Positions 38,634 through 48,548 of a stretch of DNA of 64,000 nucleotides are shown here, piece after piece; position 1 is the first letter of the stretch; every line of letters begins with the position of its first letter. The stretch comes from a virus. Its lineage: Duplodnaviria > Caudoviricetes. The translations under genes and the position numbers were made by a program. Location of the stretch: IMG/VR virus record IMGVR_UViG_3300046007_004004, positions 802-64,801 of that record, one strand, 5' to 3'. Under the pieces are notes generated by a model. That model made no database searches, was not told the origin of the DNA, and saw only the letters and a program-made list of their open reading frames with translations.

Positions 38634-39786
38634 AAATCTTTTTGATGATATCGTAATGCTCATATTTTGGAATGCGTTTCCAAAGAGTAGTACCATTTGA
38701 AGGTGTCGTTGCCTTTAATGCTTTCACCAACGCGGTGATTGCTTCACTGTTATAATACTTATAAAATTCATCGAATTCCTTTTTATTTTTGATTTTTATC
38801 CAGATGGTATTATGACCAGTACCATACTCAGGACCTGCATATTTTACCGGGCTCTGGCCTTTATGAATTCCGTTCTTGCTGATCACCGCCTTATGCTTAC
38901 CAACGCCCTCATTTTCTGTTATTGTAGACTCGGCAACTTTAATAATATCTCCGAAACCTTCTTCATCCTTTTCCCCTACATTAAAGATCAAGGGGACGGT
39001 TCCTTCTTGTTCACTTAATTGAGTCCTATAATAACTACCATAATATGCTTGATAGCCCTCTAACTTTAATGATAATACTTCTAAAGCATAGCGATATGCT
39101 TTGATATCATGGTCTGGTAAAAACGGAGGATTATCAACTAAAAACGATCCTTCATCGCTCATGATTTTAACTTTTTTATGTGTCTTGGTAGGCTCAAATA
39201 CCATGAGTGCTAAAAGAGTATGTGTTTTAGTTTTAGTCAAAGAACGATAAGCCGTCAATTGAAAAATGTTGGTACGTGTATAGGTGTTCTTATTAGCACG
39301 ACCAGTGATGATACAAAGTTTGCTTTGTCTCCTGAATTTAGGTACAAAGTGCGTCATAGTATCAAAATCAACATTACTTAATACATAGTCGAATGATTTA
39401 TGTAAAGTAAAACAATTTTTTTCTTCTATGTTTAGAAGAACATCTCTATTGCCTAAAGCTTTTTTAAGATTACTTTTGGCAAGGCTTATCTGAACTTTAT
39501 TGATATCATAACCAAAAAGTTGTTTGGTAAAAATATGATTTAGCCTGTCGGTTTCATCGGGTATGCAGTCAATAAGAGCATCCATTAAAATATCAGCGAG
39601 AACCAACAATATAGTACCAGTACCACATTGCGGATCGCAATATATCGTATTAGGATTAGATAGATCGGTTTTAGGTATTTGATCAACCATGATACGGATG
39701 TATTCTTCATCCAGCATGGTTTGATTACCTAACGTATCATACAACTGAAGTTGCTTGATACGCTTTTTAATATTATTGGAAATCAT
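38614..39786 (-). CDS. Eco57I/gamma-class methyltransferase-like protein with degenerate catalytic motif
   Basis: CDPQCGTG, FGYDIN; FDYVLSNVDF in place of NPPY; C-terminal TRD-like region. Confidence 0.65.
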   Translation of the reverse strand: MISNNIKKRIKQLQLYDTLGNQTMLDEEYIRIMVDQIPKTDLSNPNTIYCDPQCGTGTILLVLADILMDALIDCIPDETDRLNHIFTKQLFGYDINKVQISLAKSNLKKALGNRDVLLNIEEKNCFTLHKSFDYVLSNVDFDTMTHFVPKFRRQSKLCIITGRANKNTYTRTNIFQLTAYRSLTKTKTHTLLALMVFEPTKTHKKVKIMSDEGSFLVDNPPFLPDHDIKAYRYALEVLSLKLEGYQAYYGSYYRTQLSEQEGTVPLIFNVGEKDEEGFGDIIKVAESTITENEGVGKHKAVISKNGIHKGQSPVKYAGPEYGTGHNTIWIKIKNKKEFDEFYKYYNSEAITALVKALKATTPSNGTTLWKRIPKYEHYDIIKKIYDKHYK

Positions 39787-41974
39787 TATATTGCTTGATC
39801 GCTCTATTGACCGAAGTGATATTTAATGCAGGTTTTAGTTGTGCCCACTCGTTAGGCAACAATCCAGTAATTTGTTCCACAGTAGAAATATCTTTATAGT
39901 CAATTATATCGTCTATTGAAGTAATAGTCAAGTTTTCTGACCAGGCTAAATCTAACAATTTAAAAGTCTGTCGCAAAGCGTAACGTATGCGCAATACAGT
40001 TTGTTCTAAGACCTTTTCTTCGGATTTAGATAGATTCTTTTTCTGTCCTAGGCGTAATTTGTTTTTTCCTTCCAATATATTGTTAGAATTTAATTCGGTC
40101 TTAGCCGTAGTCTTCCCTTCTTTTTTCTTGTCTTGTAACATGTCTACGATATTGTCGTCAATGCCTGACTCATCAATAGCATTACCGATTCTATCCATGT
40201 GGTTAGCAATATTGCTTAAGAATCTAGTAGATACTTCTTCGCCGTCGATAATATTCCATTGATTACCTATGTAATCATAGACTTCACTTACCGCTAACCA
40301 TTGCGACAAAATAGTTTCTACAGGTTTGTTTTCAATTATGCTTACCTGCTCACAATATTGATAGACTACATTTATAAAACGCTCGGGTGCATAATCAAAC
40401 ACCACTACGCTTTCTTTCTTATTCTTGCTATCAGGAGTCTTGCAACGGAAGCTGCCTTGGAAATAATCGGCGGCACTCTTATCGTTATTCATCTGATGAA
40501 CGCTACACCACTCAGGTACGCTAGTACCTTCAAGGAAACGCCCGCACGTTACAACGATGGTTCCTGAACCATCATTGGCATTATCATACTTGATGAGATT
40601 TTTGACTTCTTGGATTTCAGTTACATGATTACCACTAGCATTGATGATCGTGCGCTTGCCAAAGAAAGGATGAGCCTTCAATAAAGCACATAGAGCATCG
40701 ATAGCATCAACATCGTTTGGCAAGATCCAAAGCGTATGCCTTGATAACATTCCTGCATTCTTCAAAAACTTTTGCGGTGGATTTTTAAATGTAGATATCA
40801 CAAACTGTAAAAATTCATTTACAGCAACCTGATGCTTAAAGTTATTCTTTTCAGTAGCAAAAAGTTTAGGAAAAGTAAATCCATCTGTTCCTAAATATTG
40901 CTTGATGCTGTCAGGCACATTCACCATAGCATAACTAATATCAGCACGATATTTGAAATCTTCGGCTTGTGCTCCTGTGACAGTCTTGCGAATCAATTGT
41001 TCTTCAACATAATCAAAGTTATATATAGAATCTTTACTATAGCGGCCACTCAAAATAGTTTTATAGGGCGTACCACTCAATTCAAGTTTCTTTTTGAAGT
41101 TTAAAGACTTCCACAACCGTTCTGTATTATCAGTATCAGTTGCATAGTGCTGTTCGTCAAATATAATAATGTCCCATTCAACACCGAGTAAGACTTTTAA
41201 TAGTTCAGTTGGATTATCAAAATGCTTGTTGATATATTGTAAACTACAAAATACAACATTGGTCTTATTATTATCTAAACTTAGATTTTTCTTCTTATAT
41301 TGATTATAATCGTGATACACCCAGTTAGCGTAATTGACATGACTCTTTTCGCCGTTAGGCAAAAGTTCTGCCCAACTGTCGTTTACTTTAGTTTTGGCTG
41401 TTACTACAAGAATGTTTTTTGCTTTAAGTTTTCTTGAAATCTCATAAGAGATAAAACATTTACCAGAACGCATGATAGCATTAATCAAAATATCGTCTTT
41501 TATCTTAAATTGATCAAATGCCCAATTCACAATTTTATTTTGATATTCGTAGGCTGCAAAATCTGATATCGCATCAGAACCATATTTAAAAACATTAAGT
41601 GCGCGATGTGTCGCCTTTACGATATTATCTAAAGACTCTTTTTTAGGGTCAAAGAACCATTCGCTGCGATTTTTAGCAGGAACCCACATGCCCTCATTTT
41701 TTAGTCTCTTGTGTATGAAACTCTCAAGTTGACGTAGATTTTGAAGGCTAGTATTTAAGTCTCCAGTTTCACAAATGTCGCTGACATCGATAACGTCTAG
41801 GATAGTAGGAGAGTCAGCACTAACCGCCGCCGTCACCTGCTCACCTACGCGCATTTCAGCAGCTTCTTGGGCTGAGTTAGCCTCTCGCCTTACTGAACCT
41901 ACCTTACCTTGGTAAATCTGTGCGTTCAGAGGAGTCGTATAAATGTAAATATCGCAATAATATTTCTTAGACAT
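39773..41974 (-). CDS. GIY-YIG/T5orf172-like nuclease fused to SF2 (ResIII-like) helicase
   Basis: IYIY..KVG..R...E..IH..L...SEWF; NAIMRSGKC, DEQH, LSGTP, LEGTSVP, YFQ..FR. Confidence 0.8.
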   Translation of the reverse strand: MSKKYYCDIYIYTTPLNAQIYQGKVGSVRREANSAQEAAEMRVGEQVTAAVSADSPTILDVIDVSDICETGDLNTSLQNLRQLESFIHKRLKNEGMWVPAKNRSEWFFDPKKESLDNIVKATHRALNVFKYGSDAISDFAAYEYQNKIVNWAFDQFKIKDDILINAIMRSGKCFISYEISRKLKAKNILVVTAKTKVNDSWAELLPNGEKSHVNYANWVYHDYNQYKKKNLSLDNNKTNVVFCSLQYINKHFDNPTELLKVLLGVEWDIIIFDEQHYATDTDNTERLWKSLNFKKKLELSGTPYKTILSGRYSKDSIYNFDYVEEQLIRKTVTGAQAEDFKYRADISYAMVNVPDSIKQYLGTDGFTFPKLFATEKNNFKHQVAVNEFLQFVISTFKNPPQKFLKNAGMLSRHTLWILPNDVDAIDALCALLKAHPFFGKRTIINASGNHVTEIQEVKNLIKYDNANDGSGTIVVTCGRFLEGTSVPEWCSVHQMNNDKSAADYFQGSFRCKTPDSKNKKESVVVFDYAPERFINVVYQYCEQVSIIENKPVETILSQWLAVSEVYDYIGNQWNIIDGEEVSTRFLSNIANHMDRIGNAIDESGIDDNIVDMLQDKKKEGKTTAKTELNSNNILEGKNKLRLGQKKNLSKSEEKVLEQTVLRIRYALRQTFKLLDLAWSENLTITSIDDIIDYKDISTVEQITGLLPNEWAQLKPALNITSVNRAIKQYNDFQ

Positions 41975-41975
41975 A

Positions 41976-42188
41976 TTAAATGTTATCGGGGCTGGCTGTG
42001 AATTCAAGTCGTGCCATGCGACCTACATATTCGCCGCGTTTTTCATTCCAATCCATCTCTAATACTTGATTAGTAGGGAAACGCACCCACAACTTTTTAC
42101 TGTTAAAATCAACGATAGGGCAGTTTACGCCCATACCGTTTTCTGACCTTACAGTAATCTTCTCTCCTTTACGAAGGGAATGCGACAT
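41976..42188 (-). CDS. small hypothetical protein
   Basis: ORF abutting the helicase gene. Confidence 0.55.
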   Translation of the reverse strand: MSHSLRKGEKITVRSENGMGVNCPIVDFNSKKLWVRFPTNQVLEMDWNEKRGEYVGRMARLEFTASPDNI

Positions 42189-42256
42189 AGCTGAAAAGAG
42201 CAATAGCTGCTAAAATGCCTAACAAATAGGCAAAAATTACAGAAACAGTTTTTGTA

Positions 42257-42433
42257 TCAAACGCTTTCATTTTCTTTCTCTTGCGCCTTACTCAATAGAG
42301 CAGCGATAGCATTTTCAAGGTCAGTAGCGTAGGAGTAAAGATCCTCACTACTAACATCTTCACCTTCCATACTAATCACATAGCCAATCGTGGCAAGAGT
42401 ATCAGCAACCTGAGTCAACGATTTATTAGCCAT
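42257..42433 (-). CDS. 58-aa acidic protein (not in ORF track)
   Basis: MANKSLTQVADTLATIG...; SD GGAG; promoter TTGACT-17-TATAAT at 42466-42494. Confidence 0.55.
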   Translation of the reverse strand: MANKSLTQVADTLATIGYVISMEGEDVSSEDLYSYATDLENAIAALLSKAQEKENESV

Positions 42434-42490
42434 ACATCATCTCCGTGACAAAATAATATGCTATGATTATACTTAAATAAAAATTTAAAG

Positions 42491-42748
42491 TCAAACCCGT
42501 TCCTGCATACAGTAGGTCGAGAGAATCCATTTCGCACGATTGAGAGTCTGACGCGCATCCTCGTCCAACTCGCGCAGAATTTCTTCCTGTGCGTCACTCA
42601 TCAAACTCATAGCAAACATAGCAGGACCTGCGAAACGGAAAGTCAAACTTTCCTCGACCGCTTCACGCATCTGGGCCACAGTGCAACCAAACATGCGAAC
42701 TTCGCTTTTTTCTTGCTGGGTCAATTCGTTGTAAATCGCAGTAGTCAT
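42491..42748 (-). CDS. early hypothetical protein
   Basis: MSLMSDAQE...ARQTLNRAKW; SD GGAG. Confidence 0.7.
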   Translation of the reverse strand: MTTAIYNELTQQEKSEVRMFGCTVAQMREAVEESLTFRFAGPAMFAMSLMSDAQEEILRELDEDARQTLNRAKWILSTYCMQERV

Positions 42749-42778
42749 AATCTTGCTCCGTGAATCAACTATAGATAT

Positions 42779-42851
42779 ATGGTAACACCAAACGGAGCCA
42801 AAGTCAAGCCTTATTTTCCTGCTGGAAAAGGCTAATAGAATCAATAACTTA
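42779..42851 (-). promoter_or_regulatory. early sigma70 promoter with IHF box
   Basis: TTGACT-17-TACCAT; AATCAATAACTTA at 42839-42851. Confidence 0.8.
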
Positions 42852-42857
42852 CGTAAC

Positions 42858-43022
42858 TTAGGATCCGCGACCCTGTTTACGCATCACGCTAGGACCCTTG
42901 CTGCCAACCTGGCTTTTCATGTTTTTACCCTCTGTAGGGTTAAATCCAGATTTGTGTCCTTGCTGTTGCGCTTTCTTACGTGCTAGTATTTCTGCAATTG
43001 GATTTTTCTTTTCTTCACTCAT
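42858..43022 (-). CDS. 54-aa basic protein (not in ORF track)
   Basis: MSEEKKNPIAEILARKK...MRKQGRGS; ATG overlaps previous stop. Confidence 0.55.
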   Translation of the reverse strand: MSEEKKNPIAEILARKKAQQQGHKSGFNPTEGKNMKSQVGSKGPSVMRKQGRGS

Positions 43023-43822
43023 ACTGTAATAGGGCTGTTCGTTTCTATACGTAACAGTCTATTATTATTTATGGCAAATTTTCTGCTATAAAAACTTGTG
43101 CACCAGGCTTGATGATTGTTCCAGCCCGGACCCCAAAAATCTAAACGCCCATAACCTTTATCATGCAAGTATTTTTGTATCGGGTTATAATGCCAGCGGT
43201 CGCTATTGTCTAATATGATGATTCCATCATCTTTTAATCTATTACTTTCAACAGCCATCAAAGCACATAAATGTCTTGCCATACCATCGATGACAACCAT
43301 ATCATAAAATTTTTCCGGAGCTTGGTATATCATGCTACAATAGCCGCCGAACTCATCATTGACCAAACCATGTTTTAGATCATGTTCGTAATATTCAGTA
43401 CGGACCTGAATCGTATTATTGATAAAGTTATCGTAAACGATTTGCGCTTCAGGATGCACACCACTATTTTCTTTTACGATATGAATATCTAGGTGTGGAT
43501 TTTCAGATAGTAATTTATCAGCCCACTCTTGATTATGTTCAACAGTTACAAGATGACTTACTTTATTTTTAAAATAAAGTGTGCTGTACCCAGATCCATA
43601 TTCTAGAACTTTATATGAACTCGTAATAATATCTTTTAGAAAGGCTATAGCGGGAAAAGTATACCATGGAGTAGTACCTTCTTCATCACTAGGGTATTCA
43701 CAAAACCATCCGCTAGGCTGCAAATACAAATAAGCATGTGTTAGTAGGTGTGAATATAATTCATTGGGCATGTTAAGTTTTTTAAACCCCTCATGCTCTA
43801 CCAATGTTATAGGTTTTTTCAT
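43019..43822 (-). CDS. class I SAM-dependent methyltransferase
   Basis: VLEYGSGYST, VEH, YDMVVIDG, IILDNS. Confidence 0.8.
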   Translation of the reverse strand: MKKPITLVEHEGFKKLNMPNELYSHLLTHAYLYLQPSGWFCEYPSDEEGTTPWYTFPAIAFLKDIITSSYKVLEYGSGYSTLYFKNKVSHLVTVEHNQEWADKLLSENPHLDIHIVKENSGVHPEAQIVYDNFINNTIQVRTEYYEHDLKHGLVNDEFGGYCSMIYQAPEKFYDMVVIDGMARHLCALMAVESNRLKDDGIIILDNSDRWHYNPIQKYLHDKGYGRLDFWGPGWNNHQAWCTSFYSRKFAINNNRLLRIETNSPITV

Positions 43823-44205
43823 TTTTTAATTGAATTTAGGTATTCATCAAAACTGCCATATAAATTTATAAGCATGGCAACTTTGCTATCGTAGATACGT
43901 ATATATGCTGACTTATAATACCGGTTTTTAAAACCTATATAAAAAGGTGTCTTGAGTTTTTTACCAATGTTTATTACATGGTAATTGAATCTGTCGGTTG
44001 TAGTGTTCAAATGAAATTCAAAAAATTCTAATTCTAACATATCAAAGGCATTTTTACCTTCTTCTGTTAGGCGTAGATTTTTAGTGCTGCGACCGGTAAA
44101 CCAATAACGCTTAAACAGTTTATTGATATCTGTATTAGGTTCTAGTTTTTCAATTAGATGCTGGTATAATAATTTAGTAAATTGTATCTTATCTAGATTA
44201 TTCAT
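43819..44205 (-). CDS. conserved hypothetical protein
   Basis: LRLTEEG...PFYI...YDSKVAM. Confidence 0.65.
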   Translation of the reverse strand: MNNLDKIQFTKLLYQHLIEKLEPNTDINKLFKRYWFTGRSTKNLRLTEEGKNAFDMLELEFFEFHLNTTTDRFNYHVINIGKKLKTPFYIGFKNRYYKSAYIRIYDSKVAMLINLYGSFDEYLNSIKK

Positions 44206-44491
44206 CTGGATAGACCTGTCGTCCTTGGTTCATGAAAACCACACTAAACTTATCTGTTTTGAAAAGAGTGTTTAGTTTGCGACAGAGATTTCTAGCATGT
44301 CCTGGATTGCTAAAACTTGTTTTCTTATATTTGGGTGCAACTTCGTTCGCTAGATAATGTTGACTTTTTAAATTGATGGGTTGACCGTCATAAAACACAG
44401 CCCAGATTCCGCTGGCTTCGACAATCTGATCGCACTTATATGTCGTTTTATCAACATGTTCTAATATGACTTTTGGTTGTGTTCTACTCAT
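44198..44491 (-). CDS. conserved hypothetical protein
   Basis: PKYKKTSFSNPGHARNL. Confidence 0.7.
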   Translation of the reverse strand: MSRTQPKVILEHVDKTTYKCDQIVEASGIWAVFYDGQPINLKSQHYLANEVAPKYKKTSFSNPGHARNLCRKLNTLFKTDKFSVVFMNQGRQVYPDE

Positions 44492-44691
44492 TTGAACCCG
44501 CCGCCTTTAATTTCTACTTTGATTACTTCTTCTTTCTTACCATTGCTTTCATTAAGAGCATAATAGTCCGATAACAATTTAGTAATCTCGTCACGTAGCC
44601 CACGCGCATCATTTAAGGGTATAACTACATCTTTTGTCTTTGTTGACTCTAAATGCGTTATTTTGTCCAAAAATTTCTTGATATGGACCAT
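44488..44691 (-). CDS. conserved hypothetical protein
   Basis: Ends GGGFK; TAAATA 6 nt upstream. Confidence 0.65.
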   Translation of the reverse strand: MVHIKKFLDKITHLESTKTKDVVIPLNDARGLRDEITKLLSDYYALNESNGKKEEVIKVEIKGGGFK

Positions 44692-44692
44692 G

Positions 44693-45148
44693 TTAACTAT
44701 TTATATAGTTATTGGCCTCACTTTCAGTTTTAAATGGGCCGACATACTCATATCGCTGAATAAAGATGTATTTAGGACAGAAAAGTGCCTGATTCTGCCC
44801 ATTTTGGTTGATTACGAACCAACCTGCTACGTGATAGCATTTGCTTTTCTTGGTTTTAGTAAAGATATGCAACTTACGCTTAACATCGAAAATGTTATTA
44901 TAAGTCTTGGTAGTAGTAGGATATTCAGGATAAGGCATCTCAACCTTAGTCTTATTAGACTTCATAGGTTGAAAATTAATTTTAGTTTTCTTTTGAATGT
45001 CTTTGGTATTATTAAATTGTAATGTGCTGCCGTTAAGGATTAGTTCATATCCTGCATTATTAGCAAGAACATTTCCCACTTTCTTTTCGCCATCAGTAAT
45101 GACCCAATATTGGTCTTTGATGATTGGTTTAGCAATAAGTTCTGTCAT
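44693..45148 (-). CDS. conserved hypothetical protein
   Basis: FTKTKKSKCY..AGW...FCPK...GPFKT. Confidence 0.7.
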   Translation of the reverse strand: MTELIAKPIIKDQYWVITDGEKKVGNVLANNAGYELILNGSTLQFNNTKDIQKKTKINFQPMKSNKTKVEMPYPEYPTTTKTYNNIFDVKRKLHIFTKTKKSKCYHVAGWFVINQNGQNQALFCPKYIFIQRYEYVGPFKTESEANNYINS

Positions 45149-45150
45149 AA

Positions 45151-45378
45151 TTACTCCTTGAGTTTTTCCCAAACATATTCACTTTCACGCACATAAGCAA
45201 CTGGTGTGATCCAACCATTGCTTACGTATTGTTGCAACTCTAATCTTACTCGGGCCGGACAATCATTTGAAACACTAATGGCGGCGCGCGGATATTCTAC
45301 TAATCCACTAGTAAATTTGAATCCTTTGTCACTTTGTTTTATTTCTAAAACTTTTTCACTCGGCTGTGATAAGTTCAA
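45151..45378 (-). CDS. hypothetical protein
   Basis: PRAAI....CP...GWITPVA. Confidence 0.6.
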   Translation of the reverse strand: MNLSQPSEKVLEIKQSDKGFKFTSGLVEYPRAAISVSNDCPARVRLELQQYVSNGWITPVAYVRESEYVWEKLKE

Positions 45379-46378
45379 GCAACTCTCCCTTGTATGGATT
45401 GTTCAACCACTTAGCATAAGTCTCAGCCTGCTCACTAACCTTGTTGAGTTCATACTTGCCGCAAAACTTCATGAAATGTATACCAACTTGTGGCGTAGTC
45501 TTGATACGCACACCCTTAGTGATAGCAACGTCAACAAGATCTTTGATGTCATCAGGCTGTGCAGTCAAGTCGATAAGCAACTTGTTGCGTTCATATAAAT
45601 CTTTGACACGAAACTCGTTACCATCAGGATCAGCCCAACGCTGTAGCATCATGTTGTTCCAATTGAAGCCCTGCTTTGTACGATCAGCATAAGCCTCAAT
45701 CAAGCCAACCTTGTTCTTGCTACCCTTAGTGCGTACACCAGGATATGCGCTAAACACGTTATCGCCAGCGTCACCGCGCATAATCTTCTCAAAGAGATGG
45801 AACTGTGGGTCACCTAACAGTTTAGGTTCTTTAGTCTTTTTGTCTTTGATAGGTTTACCCTTGTCATCAAAATAACCTTCAAGGGTAATCAATTGATTCG
45901 CAACACCGTTATACTGCTTGACATTAGGTGCGATCAATTGAACATAGTCAGTGTCACTACTGATGATATAATTTTCATCGTTGGGATGCAAATGTATGAA
46001 TCTTGCGATAAGGTCATCTGCCTCAGCCCGTTCATGTCGTAACACACTGACGTTTGTTTTCTCACGTAGGAACGTAGTAAAGATATCATACGTTTCCCAA
46101 AACATCTTGTTTTCTTCTGCTTCACTTTCAGTCAATGCTTGTTCAGCGACCTTACGATGTGCCTTATACTGCGGGTACACATCTTTGCGCCAACTACGAC
46201 CTTCAAGACAGAACACAACGTGGTCGATGCCATACTTACGTACAACTTGATTGACGCTTGAAAGTGTGAGGTGTAATGCCATACCGATCTTCTCCCACGT
46301 ATCGCTATTACGACTTGCGATATGTCGGGCACGGAAAAACGTATTTGCTGTATCAATGAGAGCGTATTTCACAAGCAC
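45356..46378 (-). CDS. rnh: T4 RNase H-like 5'-3' exonuclease/flap endonuclease
   Basis: LIDT, SWRK..YP.YK..R, EADDLIA, SSDTD, GDAGDNV. Confidence 0.9.
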   Translation of the reverse strand: MLVKYALIDTANTFFRARHIASRNSDTWEKIGMALHLTLSSVNQVVRKYGIDHVVFCLEGRSWRKDVYPQYKAHRKVAEQALTESEAEENKMFWETYDIFTTFLREKTNVSVLRHERAEADDLIARFIHLHPNDENYIISSDTDYVQLIAPNVKQYNGVANQLITLEGYFDDKGKPIKDKKTKEPKLLGDPQFHLFEKIMRGDAGDNVFSAYPGVRTKGSKNKVGLIEAYADRTKQGFNWNNMMLQRWADPDGNEFRVKDLYERNKLLIDLTAQPDDIKDLVDVAITKGVRIKTTPQVGIHFMKFCGKYELNKVSEQAETYAKWLNNPYKGELLELITAE

Positions 46379-46428
46379 ACCTATTTACTAGAATAATATA
46401 CGTATATTATACTAAGTGATTGCGAAAA

Positions 46429-47022
46429 TCAACTAATTTGGAAACATTTTTGGAACGCATCCGGGGAAAGATAACCTTTATAAACCTTGTTATTTGCAGG
46501 ATCAATGTCATTGAACGGAGGTCTCCATCCGTACTCTTTGGCATGCTGATTACTCAGCTCACCTTCAGCCCACTTAGTGGGTGCATCAGAGTCCCATTTA
46601 TTCAAAGATAAAATATCCTTGATCGCTTTATTACCCCATGTTCTTTTAGCAACGTCCCAAACTAAAACTGTAAGATCGTTTTTTGTAAGATTAGGTAGTA
46701 ATCCATCATCTATAGATGGTTTCACTTTGAACCATAAATCGTTACCGTTGCTAGTACCAGGCTTTGTACTCCAACCAGGAAACCAAGCTAGTTGTCGAAC
46801 TAATCTTTCACCTACTGATCCCTTTCTTTTTTTACCTAGACATGGATAACTCATGCCTACCTTCAAAAAAAGATAATCAATGGCACTTGCCCTGTAGACT
46901 ATAGCATATACAAAGTTTTTCTTTATGCCATGCTTTCTACAAATTGCATATATTTGCCTATATGCTGTTAGGTCTTTACAATCAAAATAAAAGTCAGGCT
47001 TATGTAAGTCAATTTGTATCAT
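46429..47022 (-). CDS. GIY-YIG-like free-standing nuclease
   Basis: FVYAI...LKVGMS...ERL...AEGEL; own promoter TTGACA-17-TATATT 6 nt before ATG. Confidence 0.5.
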   Translation of the reverse strand: MIQIDLHKPDFYFDCKDLTAYRQIYAICRKHGIKKNFVYAIVYRASAIDYLFLKVGMSYPCLGKKRKGSVGERLVRQLAWFPGWSTKPGTSNGNDLWFKVKPSIDDGLLPNLTKNDLTVLVWDVAKRTWGNKAIKDILSLNKWDSDAPTKWAEGELSNQHAKEYGWRPPFNDIDPANNKVYKGYLSPDAFQKCFQIS

Positions 47023-47075
47023 TACAGCAATATAACTTAAGGAGTTGTAAATGTCAACTAACTTAGGTACAGCCT

Positions 47076-48119
47076 TTACCCAAAATTAAACAACATGATA
47101 CCGGCGGGTTCGACTTTGTTTTTGGACAGTACCATTATGCTTTCATCTGTATTCAGATTGGATTTGGCACTAGGTCGTACCCTATTCTTAAGGTCAGTGG
47201 TCTGTATATGATGATAGCCCAAACTTTTTGCCAACGTTAAAGTGTCCTCGTACAGTTTATAATTTGAAAAATTCTTTATGTTAACTAATAATTTACCTTC
47301 AGCAATTAGATATTTGTTGATGTTCACTAATGTGGGCTTAAGATAATTATCTAACCATTGCTGGTATGTAGTACCAGGTTTATATGATTGATTACCTACC
47401 CTATAATCTTCAAGATTAAAATATGGAGGACTACTAAAAGCCAATCCAATCGTGTTCTCCCATTCAGGCACATACACCTCACTACCTTGGCATCGTATGT
47501 CGTATTTGCTATCTGTTAGGTTGACTGTATCATAATCCTTTGCCATTTCAAATAATCTGTCAACTAACAAGTTATTAGGGTCTGTCCCATAATATTCTAT
47601 TTTATTTTTCATTGCGCTTAGTAATCTAACACCCCAACCACAACTAAAATCATAATACTTGTTATTCATATTGTAATATTTCAATATGTGATCAGCAGTC
47701 TGCATTGGAAAGTTGCTAGGTTTCATAGCAACGCCCCCACCAGAAATTCTTAACGCCGTCTCTAAATTTTGTATATCAGTATTTGTTTTTGGATACACTT
47801 TTTCACTGGCTAATGTGCGGCTATAAAAATATCTTATTAGATCATTTGACTCAAATACCTCTTCTATGCTCCAGCGAGGGGTTTCAAGTTTTACTTTTGC
47901 CATCAAATCTTTATAGTAATAGTTGGCTATATCACCGATAGCAGTACCACCGCGCTTTACGCTTTTTAAGTTTTCTTTTACAAGGTTGTAGTCGGGTTTA
48001 GTATAATACTGTTGTTTTAGTTCAATACACTTTTCAACAGGCAGGTCATAATAATGGTCGGTGTGCAAAACCTTACCAAGATGTTCAATGGTATATTTTT
48101 TCTTAGTGGTTTTAGCCAC
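47076..48119 (-). CDS. amino-DNA methyltransferase, paralog of 37473-38633
   Basis: YDFSCGWGVR, GTDPN, FSSPPYFNLE. Confidence 0.85.
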   Translation of the reverse strand: MAKTTKKKYTIEHLGKVLHTDHYYDLPVEKCIELKQQYYTKPDYNLVKENLKSVKRGGTAIGDIANYYYKDLMAKVKLETPRWSIEEVFESNDLIRYFYSRTLASEKVYPKTNTDIQNLETALRISGGGVAMKPSNFPMQTADHILKYYNMNNKYYDFSCGWGVRLLSAMKNKIEYYGTDPNNLLVDRLFEMAKDYDTVNLTDSKYDIRCQGSEVYVPEWENTIGLAFSSPPYFNLEDYRVGNQSYKPGTTYQQWLDNYLKPTLVNINKYLIAEGKLLVNIKNFSNYKLYEDTLTLAKSLGYHHIQTTDLKNRVRPSAKSNLNTDESIMVLSKNKVEPAGIMLFNFG

Positions 48120-48134
48120 GATACTTTTATATGA

Positions 48135-48548
48135 TTAACTGACTTCGGTACGGCCGTTACCCAAGTCGCGCTGACGTACAATACGAATATCATCACGGCG
48201 TTTTTCTGGATCAGCCATTTCTTGCTCGTAAACTTCTAGTGCTACGTTACGGCACACAGTTTGGAACCAACGGTCAACTATCTCGTTGTCTGTGTCATCG
48301 GGTCTAATTTTATAACCTTGCTTGACAAGGTTTACAACAAACTTGTCGTTCCAATCTAATTCAAAACTACCATTGTTTATATTCGCAGGATCTAATTCAA
48401 CCTTGAGAATTGCAACATATGGTTCTCCATTTTGTGTAGCCAATTCTTTAGGAGTTAGTTCCTTTTCCTTCTTCTGAGCCTTTTTAGGTTTAGCTTCAGT
48501 TTTAGGAACTTCTGGCTTTTTGAAAAGACTTTTTAGTTTATCAAACAT
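48135..48548 (-). CDS. conserved hypothetical protein
   Basis: GSFELDWNDKFV..L...GY. Confidence 0.7.
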   Translation of the reverse strand: MFDKLKSLFKKPEVPKTEAKPKKAQKKEKELTPKELATQNGEPYVAILKVELDPANINNGSFELDWNDKFVVNLVKQGYKIRPDDTDNEIVDRWFQTVCRNVALEVYEQEMADPEKRRDDIRIVRQRDLGNGRTEVS

